Shown: piece by piece, positions 59,785 to 64,000 of the stretch
Layout: each line of letters opens with the position of its first letter
How positions within the stretch are numbered: position 1 is the first letter of the stretch
The notes under the pieces: generated by a model
Databases searched by the model: none
What the model was told of the DNA's origin: nothing
What the model saw: only the letters and a program-made list of their open reading frames with translations
From: Haliotis rubra
Lineage: Eukaryota
Reading direction: 5' to 3'
Assembly: GCF_003918875.1 (NCBI RefSeq)
Contig: NW_025765514.1
Span: forward strand, 620,001-684,000
DNA length: 64,000 nucleotides
Translations under genes and position numbers: made by a program

Positions 59785-60722
59785 GAACCATGTGTCCCCC
59801 GTATAAAGTGACCTGTTGGGAACCATGTGTCCCCTGTATATCAGGGAGCCATGACCTGTATCAGAGTGAGCCATGTGTCCCTGTATATAGAGTGACCTGT
59901 TCAGGGAGCCACGTGTCCCCTGTTCAGGTAGCCACGTAAGCTGTATATAGAGTGACCTGTTCAGGGAACCATGATGCCACGTGTTCCTGTATAGTAGAGT
60001 ACATGTTCAGGGAGCCACGTGACCTATGTTCAGGGAACCACGTGTGACCTGTTATATAGAGTGACCTGTTCAGGGAGCCACGTGTCCCTGTATATAGAGT
60101 GACCTGTTCAGGGAGCCACGTGTCCTGTTATATAGCCAGTGTCCTGTTCAGGGAGCCACGTGTCCCCTGTATATAGAGTGACCTGTTCAGGGAGCCACGT
60201 GTCCCTGTATATAGAGAGACCTGTTCAGGGAGCCACGTGTTCCTGTATATAGAGTGACCTGTTCAGGGAGCCACGTGTCCCTGTATATAGAGTGCCCTGT
60301 TCAGGGAGCCACGTGTCCCTGTATATAGAGAGACCTGTTCAGGGAGCCACGTGTCCCTGTATATAGAGTGACCTGTTCAGGGAGCCACGTGTCCCCTGTA
60401 TATAGAGTGACCTGTTCAGGGAGCCACGTGTCCCTGTATATATAGTGACCTGTTCAGGGAGCCACGTGTCCCCTGTATATAGAGTGACCTGTTCAGGGAG
60501 CCACGTGTCCCCTGTATATAGAGTGACCTGTTCAGGGAGTCACCTGCCCCTGTATATAGAGAGACCTGTTCAGGGAGTCACGTGTCTCTCTGTAGATACA
60601 GTGACCTGTTCAAGGAACCACGTGTCCCCTGTAGATAGAGGGAACTGTACGGGGAGCCACGTGTCCCTGTATGTAGAGTGACCTGTACGGGGAACCACGT
60701 GGCCCCTGTTGATAGAGTGACA
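59785..60722. repeat. 38/39-bp minisatellite (about 24 units)
   Basis: Unit TATATAGAGTGACCTGTTCAGGGAGCCACGTGTCCC(C)TG. Confidence 0.93.
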
Positions 60723-62334
60723 TCATCGGCACACTCACTCGGGCAAACACGTGTTCCCTGTTGGTACTTGAAACACCAAATATTGCAGGGGTTAACTCGC
60801 CTTTCATTCCACCATAGAAAGCAAGGTGGACAACTGAATTTGGAGTATAGCGTGTTTTTCGTAAAGGCAGGTGGAGGTTTCGAGTGCTATAGGCAACTAT
60901 GCAAGCGCTATCACAGACCATTCCGCTACTGTAGCCAGAGTTCGTCTCAACTCCCTAGGGGAGATAACCCACAGCTGTTGAAGACCAATCCATTATTCCC
61001 GTCTCCTCTATCACGCTTGATAGTCTGTGATCTCCGGCTTCACAGGGTCTGGTGGCCAGACAGACGGAGGCGATGTAAAGCCTGATGCATCGTTTATCAT
61101 TAACTGTATCAGGGATCAAGCTATACTAGACCTGCATACAGATGGGGTCGTCGCCAGGCTGCTTCGTCATCATCGCCACCGACAACATCTGCAGCATGAC
61201 GACATGATCGGTAACCATAGGCGCAGCAATTAGCAGGATTCGCGTATTGTTTGTTCGAATCCCAGAATATGATGCTCGAGCTTTCATCATCATGCTCTCG
61301 TGTTTAACCCCAAAATATATCAGCATCATGTTATCATAGATATTGACGGTGATGACAGTAACAACACCATGACTGCAACGGTTCCAGAGCGTCTTCCCCT
61401 TCAGACATGTTACACCAAGTCTCCCAGGAAACATGTCGTGGCCGCGGGTGGGATATGGTAGAACTAGTTAGAGATGATATTAATAACTAATTTGTCTGAG
61501 AACTGTTTATTTGCTGGTGAGTCCAGCCATTGTCATGTTGTTGTGGACTCGGGGAAGGGGATTAGGGTGAGGGGTTGTGATGACATATAGGAGGTGCCCC
61601 ACGTGACTACAGATATTGCCAGCCATGGTCCGGTGTCATCACACAATCGTCTATAACACATGTACTAGTATGGCTTTCTTCCGTTTCCATCAACTCTTGG
61701 ACAGCAAGCTAACAATCCTCATTAACCGAAGCTGAGTTTACGGGCTGTGTCTGTTCCGTTGTGTAATACGTCTTTCAGCACACAGAGTGTGTGTTTCCTA
61801 GGACCTAAACAGTATATTCCCCTCGCTCCATAGTTCTATCAGCGGGACCATTCGGGCGGATTCACCGCCAACGATATCGACAGGTTTTAGCATGTGCACG
61901 TTGTGTTAAGGTTTACAGTCTGTGAATGTGTTTCATCGAACTCTTGTGTGCTAATCTTTGAATATGTGTGGATGTAAAGTGCTCTGGATTGCCCAGTGTG
62001 TGATACACACAGTTATCCTGTGTTAGTGGATGTGTGTGTATTAACGTGTGTGTGTACTTTGGATCATTCAGTTAGTGAAACTAGTGTATAGTGTGTACAT
62101 TTCAGTGTGTGTACATGTACAGTGAACAGTGTGTAGTTGTACCATGGGCGTTTTAGGAACACATGATCCAACTCTGTGCTTCGCAGAAAGCGTAAAACTC
62201 ACTCACCCCATCAATCAAAATTATTCCAACATGCCATACAGAAACGATCGTCTACAGACAATCTCTTTAATTTGCAATGCCTTTGTTTTTGTGTGCCACC
62301 AACCTCCACCCCCTACACATACGAACGCGAGTGT

Positions 62335-62341
62335 ACACACA

Positions 62342-62373
<32 letters not shown>

Positions 62374-62378
62374 CACAC
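62335..62378. repeat. (CA)n/(GCAC)n microsatellite
   Basis: Seen directly in the sequence. Confidence 0.9.
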
Positions 62379-63019
62379 CTTCAATTACCTGACTCATCAG
62401 AACATAATACACCCACTTGAGCAACCCGACCACGACATCAGCTATGCATTGCACCCAGCTAACGGGAGGCAGTTTACCTTATTTATTGTTTCACACTTAT
62501 GTGTCGCCATTAAAACGGTAATATTTCGCACATGCGCACTAAATCCCTCTGCCGGTAGAGTTGCTGGACTAAGTAGAATCACTAACAGCATGAACGCCAC
62601 ATCGTGCCACAATGTACCGTCCCAAGGTAGGGTAATTAGTGCCGCTTCATCAACACATCCATCTATATCTGTTTCGACACCGTGGTCCCTTGGGCGTACG
62701 TTGGTGATGGTCTGGGAAAAGGTGGCGGAGATGGAGTTTCAGCAGCTTGAATCAATCTGGCAGGGTTTCAACAGGTGTGAAAATGTTTGTGTTATTGAGG
62801 AGTGTTGGCGAGCGGGAAGAGCGAGCACTTCACTTACTAAAGCACATTAAGTCTTGCAGTAAACACGTCGGTCTTGATGAGATGGGCCTCGTGTAGTTTA
62901 CAGTGTGATAGGCTTTTAAAACAATAAAGTGTGCTAAGTGGAGAAAGCCGGGTACCATTTGCTGACCTAGCTATCGTGGGCGGGACAAAACAGTATGACA
63001 AAGCCGGTGTGCCCTACCG

Positions 63020-63662
63020 GATATGACGTCAGTGTCATAAACAACACCGGGTCACAACACATGGAGTCAGTATACACTATCATCTCGGACGTTAGTACGC
63101 AATACCGTACAGTGTGCACGTACACAATGTTGTAAATGACCTAAATGACGTCAGTACACAATGTCGCAAATATTGTAAGGAAACAGTTTTGTCAATTACG
63201 TCAGAACGCATTACTGTAAATAACTTGAGTACACACTATTGAACATGACCAGGCGCGTAGCAAGCCATTTTTTTCGTGTAAGCCTGATAGGTTGCAAAGC
63301 TATATATTTAGATAGTATTGAGGGCTTGTCCAACCTTTTTACCAAGAATCTCGTGTAAGCCCGGGCTTTTTCTATAATGGTAGCTACACCCTGATGACGT
63401 CAGTACACATCGACTTGTATGATGTCAGTAAACAATGTTTCACATGACGGTAGTACACGGTGTTGTTGATAACTTCAGTACACATTGCAGCACATGACGT
63501 CAGAAAACAATAATTACACACTAATTACCCATGACGTTAGTACACAGTGCCATGCTTGGTGTCACAATGTCGCAAATGACGTCAGCATAAATGCCGTACA
63601 TGGAGTCAGTACATTATGACGTACCGGATGTCAGTACACACTGCCCTATTGACGCCAGTTCT
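63020..63662. repeat. Degenerate repeat array built on TGACGTCAGTACACA (CRE-containing)
   Basis: Perfect TGACGTCA at 63024, 63146, 63395, 63495 and 63577, plus several variants with 1-2 mismatches. Confidence 0.75.
63250..63393. mobile_element. Small MITE, CAGG..CCTG termini, 5-bp TSD
   Basis: CAGGCGCGTAGC / GCTACACCCTG; ATGAC at 63245-63249 and 63394-63398. Confidence 0.65.
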
Positions 63663-63744
63663 CAATGGTGGCTGAAACACAGAGCCGACCGGTCCTAGTT
63701 TTATCAACTCATATTAAAACCAAACACGACAGGGTTACAACAAG

Positions 63745-63812
63745 TTCACGTCCGGGAATCGAACCACCTAGCTTCCGGGCTTACGCTGTATCCACTAGGC
63801 CACAACAGCGGT
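63745..63812 (-). mobile_element. tRNA-derived SINE head (another family)
   Basis: GTGGCCTAGTGG A-box and GGTTCGATTCCC B-box on the minus strand; no closed cloverleaf. Confidence 0.5.
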
Positions 63813-64000
63813 TTCAGAACTACCAACAGACAAAACTGTAAAATATGCATTACATGCATACACGGAAACACTTCCAGTTGTCCAGCCGAAATATATATGG
63901 ATAAAGAAAGAATACTTGAACACCGCGATATCACTTCGACACAACCGACAAATATATGAATAAAGAATGAATACTTGAACACCGCGATTTCACTTCGACA

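Overview
This is AT-rich, intron- and repeat-rich animal genomic DNA. It is most likely a gastropod mollusc; the interspersed repeat families resemble abalone (Haliotis) repeats, but that is recall and inference, not a search result. It is not prokaryotic, and almost all of the supplied long ORFs are artefacts of tandem repeats. Three spliced housekeeping genes can be rebuilt exon by exon from GT-AG boundaries and phases: the 5' part of ATG2 (minus strand, 8 exons, running off the left edge, with one apparent 1-nt frameshift), a complete PSMD8/Rpn12 (minus, 8 exons, 265 aa) and a complete FAM98 (plus, 11 exons, about 476 aa, RGG/YxQG tail), head-to-head with PSMD8. Introns and the gene-free right third contain three short retroposon families, Tc1, pogo/Tigger, Harbinger-like, hAT-like, Helentron-like and AcademH-like (RecQ fragment, 9-bp TSD) transposon relics, an L1/Tx1 fragment, and at least seven minisatellite arrays (19, 21, 38, 39, 49 and 54 bp units plus a compound TG array). 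No clearly new protein-coding system is visible. The best leads are: (i) a retroposon family with no intact tRNA head whose copies start at the same nucleotide in a pseudoknot-capable 5' module (candidate self-processing RNA); (ii) apparently ancient ATG2-PSMD8-FAM98 microsynteny; (iii) AcademH-type elements; (iv) a tiny TSD-flanked element in the first introns of both divergent genes; (v) a satellite that appears to have arisen from a dispersed repeat.
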